A DNA stretch of 64,000 bases, taken from assembly GCF_009914755.1 (NCBI RefSeq), contig NC_060930.1. One strand, given 5' to 3'. Position numbers and translations under genes: made by a program. The stretch comes from the human T2T-CHM13v2.0 reference genome, Homo sapiens. The notes beneath the pieces were generated by a model that had not been told where the DNA came from, did not search any database, and was given only the letters and a program-made list of their open reading frames with translations. Shown piece after piece: positions 35,139-52,673 of the stretch; position 1 is the stretch's first letter, and each line of letters begins with the position of its first letter.

Positions 35139-35449
35139 GTTCCTGAGGGGTAGATTCCTTCTTTATATTCCCTCAGAGTCTTGGAATTCTTAGAAAATTC
35201 CAACTAAGAAAGATCACACACAGAGCCCAGGAACCCATGTGTTTAAGAGCTGCCCAGAAGATCCTGATGGTGATCACCTTTTCAGAATCAGTGCTGTAAA
35301 CCATGGACATTTTGCACCCCCTAAGAATGCCTTAGGTCCTTAGGACATTTTGAGACTCATCTACCATTTGATCATTTCCATCTACCTGGCTCCTTCTGAA
35401 GGATAAATTGGGATAAATTAATTTTCATATTTTCACTTACTCTTCAGTT

Positions 35450-36147
35450 GAATAAAAAACATTTTGAAATACACATAGATTGTGGAATGGCTCAGTCAAG
35501 CTAAGTACCATATGTATTACCTCACACACATCATTTATTTGTGGTGAGAACACTTAAAATCTACTTTCTAAGTAATTTTTTTTAAGAGACAGGGTCTCAC
35601 TATGTTGCCCAGGCTGGAGTGCAGTGGTTATTCACAGGTGCGATCATAGCACACTACAGCCTTGAACTCCTGGGCCCAAGTGATCATCCTGCTTCAGCTT
35701 CCCAAATAGCTGGGATTACAGACATGCACCACTATACTCAGGTAGCAATTTTCAAGAATACAACACATTATTATTTTACCTATCATCACCATGTTGTACA
35801 ATAGATCACTTGAACTTATTCTTTCTAACTAAAATTTATACCCTTTGAGCAACATATCCCTACCCACCTTCCCAACCCTAGCTCCTGGTAACCATCACTC
35901 TACTCTCTGCTTCTATGAGATCAACTTTTTAAGACTCCACTTCCAAGTGAGATCACATGGCATTTGTCTACCTGTGTCTGGCTTATTTCACTTAGCATAA
36001 TGTCCCCCAGGTTCATCCATGTTGTACTAAAGGGCAGGATTTTCTTCTTTGTAAGGCTAAGTAGTATTCCACTATTTATGTATTACATTTCCTTCATTTA
36101 TCTGTTGATGGACACTAAGGTTGATTCTATATCCTGGCTATTGTGAA
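35450..36147 (-). mobile_element. L1MA-type 3' end containing a FAM/Alu monomer (about 35578-35742)
   Basis: 'ggctcagtcaagctaagtaccatatgtattacctcac' L1MA 3' UTR in antisense. Confidence 0.8.
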
Positions 36148-36156
36148 AGCTCTAAG

Positions 36157-36470
<314 letters not shown>

Positions 36471-37226
36471 GCTCTAAGTTTTTAAATATGAAAATACTAT
36501 GCTTGTTTAAAAAATATAAATGTAAATATCAAAAAGTAAAAGTCTTCTTCACCCTCCCCAGTAAGCCAGGTGATTGAGAGAGTCACGGCCAACATAACCT
36601 CTGTCTTTATTTTAATGACTGCCATTTCAGAACTACATAGATAGGAAGATAAAGTATTTTTACGTTTTAAATTTAATGGGACATGAGGTCATAATACACA
36701 CTGCTCTACCACTTGTTCTTTTCACTCAGTATGATTAATACTTTTCAATGTGGCCTCATTTTCTATAATACTTGCATATAATTCCATAGCTTGAGTATAC
36801 CATAATTAAATCTATTCCTCTACTGCTTCACATTTAGGAATCTTTCTATCTTTAAGTGCCCACTGAGAAAGGCCACTGCTTAAACCACTTACTTATTTGT
36901 CAATTAATACTAAAACAAGAATCGTAGACGATTCTGGATAAAAAGCAGAACTTCGGGCAGATAGGTAGGGATATCAGGCAGCCAGGAAGTAGTTTCTGTC
37001 AATGGCAATCATCACCAGACAGCCTCTGCCTGACCACCACCAGGGACAGGGGACTCATCAACTCCAGCAGTGATCAGAATTGATCTACACAAATCTCATT
37101 AATAAGGAACTCTACTTTATGATGAGTTGAAACCTACCTTCCTAAAGTTTCCATCCATTAGGCTTAATTCTGCTAAGGACACAGAATAATTATTCTCCTC
37201 AAACAGCCAATAATTGCTATCATATC

Positions 37227-37569
37227 TGCTGTGGTTTGAATATGTCCCTCAAAAGTTCATGTGTTGGAAACTTAATCCCCAATGCAACAGTGTATGAGGG
37301 CAGAATGGATTAATGTCATTACTGTAAAATCCAGGTTAGTTATCTCGAAAACAGGTTGCTATAAAGCAAGTCTGGCCCCTGGTGCCTCTCTGTCTCACAC
37401 ACTCACTTCCACCTTCTAATTTCCACCCTGGGATGACCCCTTGCCAAAATGCTGGCACCATGCTCTTGAACTTCCCAGCCTCTAGAACTGTGAACCCAAT
37501 AAACATCTATTGTTTACAATTTACCCGGGCCATAGCATTGTGCTATAGCAGCAGAAAAAGACTAAGACA
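37227..37569 (+). mobile_element. MaLR solo LTR (MLT1A/MST-like)
   Basis: tgctgtggtttgaatatgtccc...agactaagaca. Confidence 0.8.
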
Positions 37570-39169
37570 ATATTATATTGAAGGCTTTCTCTAGTTTAAC
37601 ATCCCCCGCTTCCTCCAACAATGTCTCCTCATAAGAAATAGGTTCAAGGCCACACTTTCATGCTCACTTTCCTTCGGCTACACCTCAGTTTGCCAGTGTC
37701 CCTCCTAAAAGTTAACACCCAGCTTTAAGCCACTGAACACTTGGGAAAGTTATGACTTGACCAGCACAGAGTGGACCACTATGGCCACCTGCCTGCCACA
37801 GTATCACCTACTGCAGACGGAACAGCAAAATAAGTCCCCTGGGTCATTTCACCACATTGGACAAGCCCAACAGGGCAATTGCAGAGATGAGATGACCCAT
37901 GTATTTAGCTCGATATAATAATATAGGAAGCAGTCAATTTTAAAAGGCATATTTATAGCTTTTATAGCTATATTATTATAGTACTAATAAAGCTATATTA
38001 TTATAGTACTAATAAAGTACTATAACTGGAAGTTAAAGGTAGAAATACTCCCATATGATAGAACAAATAAGGGTACCTATGGCCCATACCTTTTCAGGAG
38101 TTATGCATATTTTCCTTTACATTGGAAGAGACAGAAAGAAGTTATGTCTTTTACATGTCCAACCAGTTGGAAAATAAGTAAACATTGTGGCTCAGCATCT
38201 GTTTTAGAAGACTACTAATTCTTTTTTTTAATTCCCACAGATGAAGCCACTCAAGTGACTAAGAATACACCCAAACTAACAACCTCCCATTCCACTGATA
38301 AGAACTAACGTTTACCTGATAAAAAGTCATTCCTTTGCAAGGTTCTTTCACACTTCCTGGGTACACTAAACTTATTTGCATTTCAGATTAGATTTCCACC
38401 CTCCCATTTCACAACAGTCAAAAATTTTTTTCTTTCCATCTGTCATCTATTTCTCACTTATTGCCTCCTTCTGCCTCATCTTTTCTGCCCTAAAGTAACT
38501 GAAGTTACTTTATCATCCCCTTGTTATCCTCCAAGTTGAGTCTCTTCTTTCTCTTCCAGCTACTAACTAAAAACCAAATTTTCCTTCCAAACACCACCCA
38601 CACCCTCCTCACTGCCCAGGCATCCTATCTATTCATTAAGAGAGTCCCAAGAACACATTTAAGACCAAGACATTTCAGTGGAGTCTGACAATTGTCCAAC
38701 TTAGACCATCAGAAATAAAGTCCTACAAGACAGAAAATGTGTATTTCTGACATTCAGTGCTGTAACAATGAAACCTTTTCTCTACTGGCTTCAAAAATGT
38801 GATGGGGCTGGCAATGGGAAATAACAGGAAACAACGCCTATCTGTTGCCTAAAGAGCGCACTAAAACCTTTCCCACGCTTCCCCAACCTCATCTGATATT
38901 CATAACAACCCCTTCATGTAGGTATGATTAGCTCATTTTGCAGATAAGGAATCAGGCTCCAAAAGTTTAAATATTTTGCCCAAGGTCACACGCTTAATAA
39001 ATACTGGCTCCAGGCCTAGATCCCAGCTCTTCCTAGTCCTATGCCAGTGTTTTCCCCATTACCATAGCAAGGTGAGCTCACAGGACACACCTCAGGAGGA
39101 AACCCAAACATCAATTACACAACCTGGATCTGAAGCTTTGTCTACTTTTATTCAGCTGGTATGCTATAA

Positions 39170-39495
<326 letters not shown>

Positions 39496-39748
39496 TATAA
39501 TTTCTTATAAGCAGATTTTTGCATGGATTCTTCTGGCTTAAACAAGATATGCTTAGTATGATTCTGTAATAAGGAGAGACTGAATCCGGTACCTGAGAGG
39601 CAGAATAGTATTTCCAAGGTCGGAACTTAATGAGAGACTACCTTGGTGAGCAATGGTAAATGCATGAAGATTTTCATTTGGGTATGGCTTTGATGTTTGA
39701 TGTTACGGGCAGAGAAAAATACTTCTCTTATTAGAAAACCATTCATGA

Positions 39749-40094
<346 letters not shown>

Positions 40095-40329
40095 AATCCT
40101 TTGTATCTTTACTGAAAATGAATTAGAATACATGCAAAGATTTGAATAAAGCTAAATTTAAAAAATAAATAAATCTAATCACAAACATATAACAGTGTAA
40201 CTGCATATGACCTTTCCATTCTTCTATGAAATTCTCTAAATGGACGGCCTCAATGTCTATTTCTGACAATATTATAAGCTCAATGTTTACATAAATTGCA
40301 CAACCAGTGATCCAAAAAAAAAAAGCACG

Positions 40330-41794
40330 CATTTTTAAATAAACTGCATTTTTAGAATAGTTTTAAATTTACAGAAAAATTATTAGAATAACACAGAGTT
40401 CCCATATATTCTGCAACCAGTTTCCTCTATTATTAACATCTTCCATTAGTATAGTATATTTGTCACAGTTAATGCACCGATGGTGATATATTAACTTTAT
40501 TCAGATTTCCTTAGTTTTTACCTAATTCCAGGATTCCATCCAGGTCACCATATTGCATTTACATGTCACATCTCCTTAGGCTTCTTTGGCTGTGGCAGTT
40601 TCTCAGAATTTTCTTGTTTTTGATTACCTTGGCAGTTATGAAGAGTACTGGTCAGGTATTTTGTAGAAACCCTCGATCGAGATTTCTCTGATGTTTTTCT
40701 CAGAGACAGGGGTTAAGGGTTATGGGTTTTTGCAAGGAAGACCACAGATGTAAAGTGCCATTTTCACCACATCATATTAAGGGTAACACACTATCCACAG
40801 AGCTACCACTGTTGATGCTGACTTTGATCACTCAGCTGAGGTAGTGTCTAACAGGTTTCTCCACTGGAAAGTTATTCTCCCCACTCCCCTTTCCATACTG
40901 TACTCTGGAGGGAAGTCACTATGCACAGCTCACATTTAAGGAGTGGAGAATTATGTTCCACCTTCTTAAGGGTGAGTGTCTACATAATTATGTGCAATTC
41001 TTCCACAGGGAGATTTGTCTATTTTCTCTATTTATTTGCCTATTCAATCATTTATTTATATCGGTATGAACTCACAGATGTTTATTTTATACTTTGAGTA
41101 ATAACCCAAAATTTCTATAACCTATAGATTATAGATCTATAATCTAGACTTTTTTTTTTTTAGACAGGATCTAGCTCTGGCACCAACACTGGAGTGCAGT
41201 GGCTCAATCATGGCTTCACTGGAACCTCTGCCTCCCAGGCTCAAGGAATCCTCCCACCATGGCCTCCTGAATAGCTGGGACCATAGGCATATGCCACCAT
41301 GCCCGGCTAATTTTTACATTTTTTGTAGAGATGGGGTTTTGCCATGATGCCCAGGCTAGTCTCAAACTCCTGGGCACAAGTGATCTGCCTGTCTCAGCCT
41401 CCGAAAGTGCTAGGATTACAGGCATGAGCCACCGTGCCAGCCTAGACTTCTCTATCTAATCTATACTTCCATAATCGAATGCTTTTTTACTTTGTTGCTC
41501 AGACTGTTCCAGCTTTGGCCACTGACAGCAGTTTCAGTTGGCTCCTATGTCCATTTGACATACTCTTATGACTTTTGGTTTTTCAGTTGGAATTCTTCCA
41601 TACACTCTACCATATAAAATGTTCTAGGTTCACCTTGTATATATTCTGGCCCAATCCTAGAATCAAGCATTTCTCCAAAAAGCCTGGATTTTACTGGAAA
41701 ATGGTCTTAGAAACCAAGATCCAGGCTTAAGTGTACTCGTTGCTAATGGAGTGTCACTTCTTGTAGACCTCTCAGCTGACAGGAAAATAAATTG

Positions 41795-41829
<35 letters not shown>

Positions 41830-41930
41830 ATGTGCACTAATCCTTGAATATACACAGATCTATAAATATGTTTATATGTAACCATCTGTATCTATATTAA
41901 ACTAAACATGAGTTCATACTGATACACTGA
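40330..41930 (-). mobile_element. L1MC-type 3' region, interrupted by AluJ (41150-41443) and (TG)n (41798-41828)
   Basis: 'tttttagaatagttttaaatttacagaaaaatt...gagttcccatata' L1MC-like 3' end in antisense. Confidence 0.75.
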
Positions 41931-42519
41931 TGATTTTCATGCACAACCAAACTGTCAGAAAATAAGAAGATTCCTCAGATGCCAGAAATGCAAGAAAAAG
42001 CAAAAATCAGAGAGACAAGCACGCCTGGAGCTGGCATTTTTCCCTGGGGTATATACCCATCCAGGTGACCTAGAGTTTGGGCAAAGGAGACAAAGCAGGC
42101 TGAGAAGGGAGAGGTGGAAGGAAGAAAGGAAGGTTGTGCATAAAGCTAAGATTTATCCCAAAGCCAGGACCCCTCCTAAATTCTGAAGGGAGACACCTCA
42201 CAGGGATGAGGCCCTCCCCACAGAGGGAAACAGCAGATGTGTTCTTATTTGGGCCTTGGCTCTGGACAGAGGGACAAAAAGTACAAAGACTCCCGTGAGA
42301 ATGAGAGTTCGGGGGCCTAAACTCACATGCCCTGTGTGGCCAATAAAAATCCAAAGCAGCAAATGCAATTTAAGTGAGCCTGGATTGGGAATACCTCAGC
42401 TGCAGAAGCCCAAATTCTATCAAAAGGATTCCACTTTAAATCTGGTCTCAAAATATTCCCACAGATAATGCACAACAGAACATAAGCACCCAATCAAAAA
42501 TCACCAAAGACCCTTGGAA

Positions 42520-43337
<818 letters not shown>

Positions 43338-43432
43338 TCACTATGTTGCTTAGGCTGGTCTCAAACTCCTGAGCTCAAGGGATCTTCCTGCCTCAGCCTC
43401 CCATGTAGCTGGGCTTAGAAACACGTGCCTCC

Positions 43433-44053
43433 AGTGAAAGGAAAATAAATTTCAGGACCCCAGAATCACTAAGCCAAAGGGAAGTCAGGCTGGGAACTGC
43501 ATCACGTAAACCTGCCTCCCATTTTATTCCTAAATAAGATAGCTACAAAGATAAAATAGCTACATACCACCTCACAATCTGCCCACCAGGAAATTCCTTG
43601 TGGACAAAGGACAGGCAGAACTCAAAGCCATCCCTCTGCCCACGTGACACAAATGCATACCAGATGGCTTCCTCTGCCCTATGGTTTCACTAAGCCAGAC
43701 TAAGCAAAAGTGACTGTTCCTCTATGCTCCCCTCACATGTAAATTGTGTATTCAGTGAAAGGCTAATCAGAAACTCAAAAGAATGCAACATTTGTCTCTT
43801 ATCTACCTATGACCTGGAAGCCCCCTCCCCTGCTTTGAGTTGTCCCACCTTTTAGGATAGAACCAATGTACATCTTACACATATTGATTGATGTCTCATG
43901 TCTCCCTAAAATGTATAAAACCAAGCTGTGCCCTGACCACTTTGGGTACATGTCGTCAGGACCCCCTGAGGCTGTGTCACAGGTGTATCCTTAACCTGGC
44001 AAAATAAACTTTCTAAATTGATTGAGAGCTGTCTCAGATATTTTGGGTTCACA
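43433..44053 (+). mobile_element. MER4A1-like ERV1 solo LTR inserted into an antisense Alu monomer
   Basis: gtgaaaggaaaataaatttcaggacccc...ttttgggttcaca. Alu sequence on both sides (43313-43432 and 44054-44068). Confidence 0.85.
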
Positions 44054-44133
44054 TTCCACACCTGGCTATCTCTACAACTTTTCTTTAAATCTAAAAATAT
44101 TACAAAATTAAAAGTTTATTTTTAAAAAAGCAG

Positions 44134-44460
<327 letters not shown>

Positions 44461-45055
44461 CACCTAAGAACGTGTTCCATCTAATACGAAGCAAATGGCA
44501 ATCTTCTAAAATCCTGCAAGTCATTTCTTGAAATGCCCGTGAGACCCTTGGTACTTTCCGTTGAGGTAAAGAAGGTTCATTGCAAAATAACATAACAAAG
44601 GTGCTCTCTAAAGACCATCAAGTACAAGACCCTCTTCAGGAAATGAGATGCATTAGTGGCCCACCCTATCTATCATTGCCTAACTAGCATTTTCTAGTCT
44701 TCACTGATGGTCACTCTACCATCTTGTGACTTTTCTTAGTCAATTCATTGACATTTAAGTTCATTTCCTTTTGTTTAGCAATTTTCAGCCTAGTTGTTCT
44801 TGTAACCATTTTTCTTGCTCTTTTCTAACTTCTCCAGTTCTTCTAGAAACTTTGCAGCAGGGAACCAAATCTAGACACATATTACTCTAATAAACATTTG
44901 AAGGTTGCCAAGTATACAAGAGGTTTTTCAGCTCTCATAAAAAGTCGTAAGCAGTCAATTTCTAAATTGTTTTATAGCCCACTAGCTTCCTCAGGATTTT
45001 CTCTGCAATTTCAACCAGCTAAGATAAACAGCCATAATTCATCATTCATTGTTAA

Positions 45056-45452
45056 TGTTAAATCAAGTTTAGCCTAAAGTTGCCTCCTTACACATTTTAA
45101 GTTCGACCTAAATGTTCTTCTGTACATCGTAAACTTTAACAAGTGGAGGTGTAAACAGACCGTACCTACATACTAGTGTCAATCACCGAGTTTTGGCCAA
45201 TCAAATGTAGCCAAATGTTCAAATCCTCTTCAAAGAAGGCAAAGGCCAACCTGTAACCAGTCCAGCTGTTTCTGTACCTTACTTCCATTTCCTGTACTTC
45301 ACTTTCTTTTTTCTGTCCATAAATCTTCCACCATATGGCTGTGCTGGAGTCTCACAGCCTACTCCGGCTTGGGAGGCTGCTTGATTCGGGAATCATTTAT
45401 TGCTCAGTTAAACTTCTTTAAATTTAATTTGGCTAAAGTTTTTAGTTTATCA
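45056..45452 (+). mobile_element. MER57-family ERV1 solo LTR
   Basis: tgttaaatcaagtttagcctaaagttgcctccttac start, 4-bp TSD TTAA. Confidence 0.85.
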
Positions 45453-45877
45453 TTAAGATGAAACAGAGCTTCACCCTCTATCTTGATGAAATGATTGTTT
45501 TAATATACAGCCTCACTTTGCCCTTCTTTTAAACTAACAAAACTGGTAATGAGATTAATATATTTCTAAAGACACTCTAAATACATCTGTAGAAAGAAAA
45601 AAACCTGCGTACATCAACTTAAGTTTTGCACCATAGTAAAACTAAGTATGAAACTGGGTAAACTTTAACTCAACAAGACTGAAAGTACCAAAAACAAACA
45701 AACAAACAAAAAACTTAGTCTTTTACTTCCTTTTTGTAAACTCCCAGTCTGCATACATGAATAAGAAAGAAGAAAATCCTCTTTTTGTCCTTCCTTCCAC
45801 AATTTATATAAACTGGCTTTCTGAATTTAATTCTGTATAAATGTTCATTTGCCTCCTTTTTGTTAAATAATGTGCAG

Positions 45878-46201
<324 letters not shown>

Positions 46202-46994
46202 TTATTGTATGGGGACAATGGGCAATTATCTTTTACTAGAATGCAGAAAGGAGGCTATAAACACCTCAACATCCCTAATGGACAAAAAATAGAAGCTCTT
46301 TGCAAGATCTTTCTGCCAGAGTATAGTTCACATGTTCCTAAGGCATCCTGGCCTTACTCTAGGTGAGATGAAAGAAGACAGAAGATTCCAGAGCCCCAAA
46401 GGTCAACTCAGTTCACCCAACATGCGCTGAATTGCACACATTTCATTTGGAGAAATAAGAAAGCAAATTATACAGGTACGATCTTTTTAGCTAAGTCTAC
46501 TGAAATTGGAAGAAAAAATAGTCTTGGTTTGTCATCTTTACCTTCAAAATGTATTATTTTACAAGCTAAAACCAACCCTTCTGCACTAAGGTTGAAGGTC
46601 TTGAAATTCCAGAGCCAAATTGGTCTTAAAGAGTACTGTTTCCAGGAGATGGGGATATCAAGAATTCTGGATAGTCTACTGCCACCAGGCCAGTAGGAGG
46701 CAGAGCCATTTTTATCCCTAAGGCACAAGAGATGAGGGAATAGTTAATGTCCCTTACGTCCATGTCCCAAGTTACTTCTCTCCATTTAAGGGGACACTAG
46801 AAACAAACCCCAAGTCTTCGGCCTCCCCCAGCTCATTGCTCTTCCCCTCATGGGTCCCACTGTAAGTAGCACTCCGGAGTGTCCATATTCCTGGGGAATG
46901 TGAGCAGAGCAGACAGTGTCACCATGGAAGGACCCCTCTCCAACCCTCTCACTCCCCCAATACCATAACTTTCAGCATTTGCTAAAGGAGAAAG

Positions 46995-47399
46995 TGTAGG
47001 GTGACCGGTCCCCCACCAGGTTATTTAAGGGTGTATGTCCGCTGCTTGAACCTTGAAGGGTGGGCAGTCAGCCAAGGTCATGGTGCTCAGCCAAGGAGCA
47101 GGTGTTCCTGAGAACCTAAACATCCCGGAGAGTATCTGCAAACATATCTACAAAAAAATACACAGTTGCATCACTCAAACACAGGAGGCAAAGAGCCAGA
47201 AAGTCATCTCAAAAGCAGTTTAGACACAAGAGGTGATGAGGATCTCTAGAGCTGTCCTGCTGCCACCCAGGAGTGTCCCATATGTAAGTCCTAATAAATT
47301 CACCTACTCGCCAAGTTGGACTTATCTGAGTTATTCTTTGGTCTCTCAGCTCCTTCCCAGTTTGTGGAGGAGTTATAACTCCAGATTTTTCTCATAACA
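46995..47399 (+). mobile_element. LTR47-like ERVL solo LTR
   Basis: tgtagggtgaccggtcccccaccagg...ctcataaca, TSD-like gaaag/caaag. Confidence 0.75.
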
Positions 47400-47744
47400 C
47401 AAAGCCATGGCTGGAAGAACAGAAACAAAGCCTTCAGAAAAGGCAGAAAGGAAGTTCAAAAGTCACCAGAGCTCTGTATATACAGACATGAATCAATCCC
47501 TAAGAGACACTGTTAAGTTGAAAGGAAGAAAGGAAGAAAAGAAGGGAGGGAGGGAGGGAACCATACGCTATCACTTATGTCAGAAAATAAGACAAAAAGA
47601 TTCTGGGCATATGTAGACACAGACTATCTCTGAAATCATGCAACTAAACCATGGAAATCTGGCCAGCTGGAAACAAGGGAAGCAGGGGTGAGAGAGATGG
47701 ACCTTTCCTTATATTCCATTTTCTGCTTATGACTTCGATAGTAA

Positions 47745-48070
<326 letters not shown>

Positions 48071-49169
48071 TGGAAAAGTGATTTTTGTTAACTGTATCTA
48101 TATAAAATAAAAGCTTTAAAAAAATCAATAAAAAATAAAAATTTAAAAGAATGTAATAGATAAATAAAATAAAAACAGAGAGCAAAAAATAATACTGGGG
48201 CAGGGGGTGGGGGAGTCTTAGGAACAAAGAAGTCTCAATCTAGTGACACTCACAGTTAAACCACTTCATGTAATTTCATGAAATGACTTTTGAGTTTAGC
48301 AACTTCCTGTAAGCCTTAGCAACCTTTTGCTGTGTACCTTTGCTGACTCATCTGTTTCAAGTCAGCCACAGAATGATGAATGAAACAAACTTAAAAAATA
48401 AATAAACAAATGAATAACAGAATATTTTAAATTTTTAATTCCTTGTTTGAAATAAGAGTTTAGGACAACTTGAACACAAACTTTTCAAATGTACCCTTGC
48501 TCTTCTCCAAATTACATTAGAACCTGAGTTCCCTGGTTTTCGTTTTGTTTTGTTTTGTTTTGTAAATAAACCTGAGAATGGAATATTTATAATAAAATGA
48601 TAGTTTGCTGGAAATCCCCAGCAATATCAGCCCAGAAACCTTCATTCAACTTTAAACTCTTCAAGGTGATTGTGGACTTTCAAAACCATCTCTCAAATTA
48701 GTCAGTTTTACTAAACCATAAAAGAAGATTAACCACTGATAACTTTAAAAAATTAAAAACAGAGCTCCACTAATACAAGGAAGTTGGTAAATGATTTATC
48801 AAGGGCTTTTTTTTTTTTTGGATAACTAAAAATCACATTGCAAATAGGTTAATGAATTAATCTTTTTGCAGATAGTTACATTTCTTAAGCCCAAAGAAAT
48901 AGTTATCTTTTAATAAAGCACATTTTTAACCAGTACAAACTATTTGGAGCTACTTTTCCCACTGACGACTCTCTATCCTTGTGTTTGCCTGGCAAAACTA
49001 CTAGAAATTGACATTAATGAGACTGCAATAAGTTATCCCTTTATCTTGTTTACTAAAAGAGCTGACTTAAAATAGAAAGCCTTTGAAAAGCACACAGCCA
49101 CTGTTACTAAGTGACATAAACTGAATTCTTTATACAAGTCACTGGTACAAAAGATATTTCCAGATTTTA

Positions 49170-49382
<213 letters not shown>

Positions 49383-49877
49383 CTACAGAACACTTGAGAG
49401 TATTTGACTATATGGCATCTTTCGTATGTATGACTTGATTTTAGACTGCTAAAGGAAATTTCTACATGTTCACAGAAATCTGAAACAACTGGGCCAAAAA
49501 AAAAAAGATACTAATAGCTGCATTTATAACTGGAGGTGATGAGTATATCAACTGCACACAATGAAAATGGGAATAGAGTATGTCATCTTTAAATAACTCA
49601 AGATAAACATTTCACTACCAGCAAGTGAGCCATGAATTAACTTTCAAATTAGAAATTGGTCCCATTTAATCTGATATTCAGGTTCCAAATAATAAACAGG
49701 CCTAATTCAGTTGGTAAAAAGAACTGGCTCCCAATTTTATCTTAATTAAGTCATTCATTCCAATCCAAAAATGTAAATAAAATTCCATTTCAATTCAACA
49801 AACATGTATTTAGTTCCTACTTTGTGCTAACCATACAAAGATGACGAAGATTCATCTTCAGTGGTGGTAAATAAAAT

Positions 49878-50285
49878 TAGTAAGGAGCAATTATTTTGGA
49901 CCGAGCTCCTGCACCAGGCCCCAACAGACCAGACCAAACCAGAATGGAGTCACTGATGCCAGGAGCTATATAAACAAACAACTTTACAATGGGCCCGTTT
50001 AAAAAAAAAAAAAAAATAGGAGATTCACAGCAACCAACAGAAAAGGGGCCCAGTCTACCTGAGCCAGCATAAGGAAGTCCCATCTTTTTTAACCTTATAA
50101 GGAAAGTAACTTTGCTTGTTATTCTTTGCTTCTGCTTTCTTCAGCCTTTTCTACCTGTAAAGTCCACCTCTTCAGCTCAGCTCAGCCTTGCTGTTTTACA
50201 GATGGGAAGCTGCCTGATTCATGAATCACTAATAAAAGACAATTCCATCTTTAAATTCAATTTGTTAACATTTTCTTCTTTGATA
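49878..50285 (+). mobile_element. MER4-group ERV1 solo LTR (subfamily uncertain)
   Basis: 'gagctcctgcaccaggccccaacagaccagaccaaaccagaatggagtcact' motif, AATAAA near the 3' end. Confidence 0.7.
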
Positions 50286-51114
50286 ATGATCACTACCCAT
50301 AAAGAATGAGACTCTCTTCTCTTCCTCCTAGAATATTCTGACTGTCTCACCTGGCCCCTCTCCCCTCTAATTTCCCTCCTGCTTCTAAAGTAGCTGCTCC
50401 CAGGAAGTTCTCCCCTAGCACTGTCTCAGGAGAGGCCCAGAGATGCCGAGGCCCCGTGTCCTCTGGCAGTGGTGTGTGCATTGGGCACGTGATATTTCAA
50501 GGCTTACAGGCAAACAGCAGTTTACCAAGTATCTACATGTTTGTCTCACAGAAGGCACAGATAACTCACTAATCTCTGTATCTCCATTTAGCCCACTAGC
50601 ATACAGCGCTCAGTAAGTAACTATGGAAAGATGCCTCTCAGAGTCAGGCAGGACAGAGAGACCAATAAATATCTAAGAAATAAAGTAAAAGGCAGAGCAA
50701 TGTGATATGGATAGGACGCTATGGAGAAACAGAGAGAAAGAAGGGGTCCATTTGGCCCTGGTGGGGAGGGAGGGCTGGGTTACAGAGGGAAGACGAGGAG
50801 AGGATTTTAGGGCCCAGCCTGAAAACAGGAATTGAGGACCAGGATGAGGAATAAACCTCCAAGGAGAAGGAAGTGTGTGTGTGCAGAGGCTGGAGGGTAT
50901 GAAAGACACACTGTGTTTGAGGGATAGGAAGTAAAGAGTTCACTGTGCTGAAAGCACAGCACACAGGGAAAATGGTGCTGGAATGCAGTGCAGCAACCAG
51001 GAGCACGGCCTCCAGTGACAGACCTGAGTTCGAGTCCTGCCTCTGCCCCTTCCCAGCTACAAGCAAGTAACATAAGCCCTGGGGGCTGCTTCCTAACTTG
51101 AAATTTGGGGAACA

Positions 51115-51448
51115 GGCTGGGTGTGGTAGCTCACAACTATAATCCCCGCATTTTGGGAGGCTGAGGTGAGAGGATCGTTTCAGGCCAGGAGTTTAAGACC
51201 AGCCTGAGCAACATGGCAAGACCACATCTCTATAAAAAATACAAAAAAATTAGCCAGGTGGGGTGGTATGCACCTTTAGTCCCAGCTACTTGGGAAGCTG
51301 AGGCAGGAGGATTGCTTGAGCTCAAGAGTTTGAGACTGCAGGGTGCCATGATCAAGCCAGTGTACTCTACCCTAGGCAACAGAGTGAGATCCCATCTCAG
51401 AAAGAAAAGAGAGAAAAGGAAGGAGGAAAGAAGAAAAGAAAGAAGAAA
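51115..51448 (+). mobile_element. Alu (AluJ-type)
   Basis: Dimeric Alu with GA-rich tail, flanking GAAATTTGGGGAA duplication. Confidence 0.9.
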
Positions 51449-52371
51449 TTTAGGGAAAGAAGGAAGAAATTTGGGGAATAACTTTTAGTGCTGTATTAAC
51501 TGAGAGAATGTATGCAGAGCAGTGCTGAGAGCGTAAGCATTCAATGTATGGAGTTGTCAGTGTCCTTAAGCCAGACAGGTAAACCGAGGCCAAGCTGTGA
51601 AGAATCACCTCTTGTTCCACGACAGGAAGGCTAAAGCTCCAGGACACACTAGGCCTTTGCTTCAAATGCCAGGGAATATATGGCCATACCTGTGATCTCT
51701 CTGTCCTCCCTTCAATTATCGTCAAATCTAGCCACTAGACTGTGACACCAGTCAGCAGTCTCTAGTAGGCCAGCCCATCTTCTGGACTTATCCAGAATCC
51801 CCCAGCATGGAGACCGCCCATCTTCACACAGGCTCTGAGGGACAGTCCCCAACTCCACCAGGCCTGTCCTCTGCAACTGTGTGGACCTGGGGGTTTATAC
51901 CTCACCATCGTACCCCCAACACATCTACATTCAATGCCCTCAGACTGCTTCCAAAAGGCCCCCCCACCCACCTGCTAACAGCAAGCTCTTCAGAACCACA
52001 GAGGAACTTTCCACCACATGAACGTGCAGCTCCAGGAGGGACTGCAAAGCTCAGAGTCAGTCACTGGACACCACCTCATCAGGGCTCTGAGACCCTAGGG
52101 GGGCCACCCTACCTGCCCAGACCCCTCCAACTCCTCCCCAACCCTCACTCGCGGCTCGCAAGCTCCACTTCTCAACTTGCATCCACGTGCTGCCCCTAAC
52201 TTCCTTCTCCCCCTCCTGTGTGACTCATCTTCCCACTGCCTTCCTCCCTCCACTGCTGACCTTCTTCACAAAGCCCACCCTCTGTTCTCATTTTACCATC
52301 ACGACAGCAAAGCCAAGGTCAGAAGCAGCAGGTCAGAGCTTTTCCAGACCTCCCACTGCTGCTTCGCACTG

Positions 52372-52673
52372 TTTTCTTTTTCTTTTTTTTTGAGATGGAG
52401 TCTCGCTCTGTCACCCAGGCTGGAGTACAGTGGCACAATCTTGGCTTACTGCAACTTCCCCATCCTGGGTTCAAGTGATTCTCTTGCCTCAGCCTCCCGA
52501 GTAGCTAGGACTGCAGGCTTGTGCCACCACACCTGGCTAATTTTTGTATTTTTAGTAAAGATGGGGTTTCGCCATGTTGGCCAGGCTGGTCTCAAACTCC
52601 TGACCTCAGGTGATCTGGCCGCCTCGGCCTCCCAAAGTGCTGGGATTACAGGCGTGAGCCACCAAGCCCAGCC
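52372..52673 (-). mobile_element. Alu (AluS-type)
   Basis: Dimeric antisense Alu. Confidence 0.93.
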
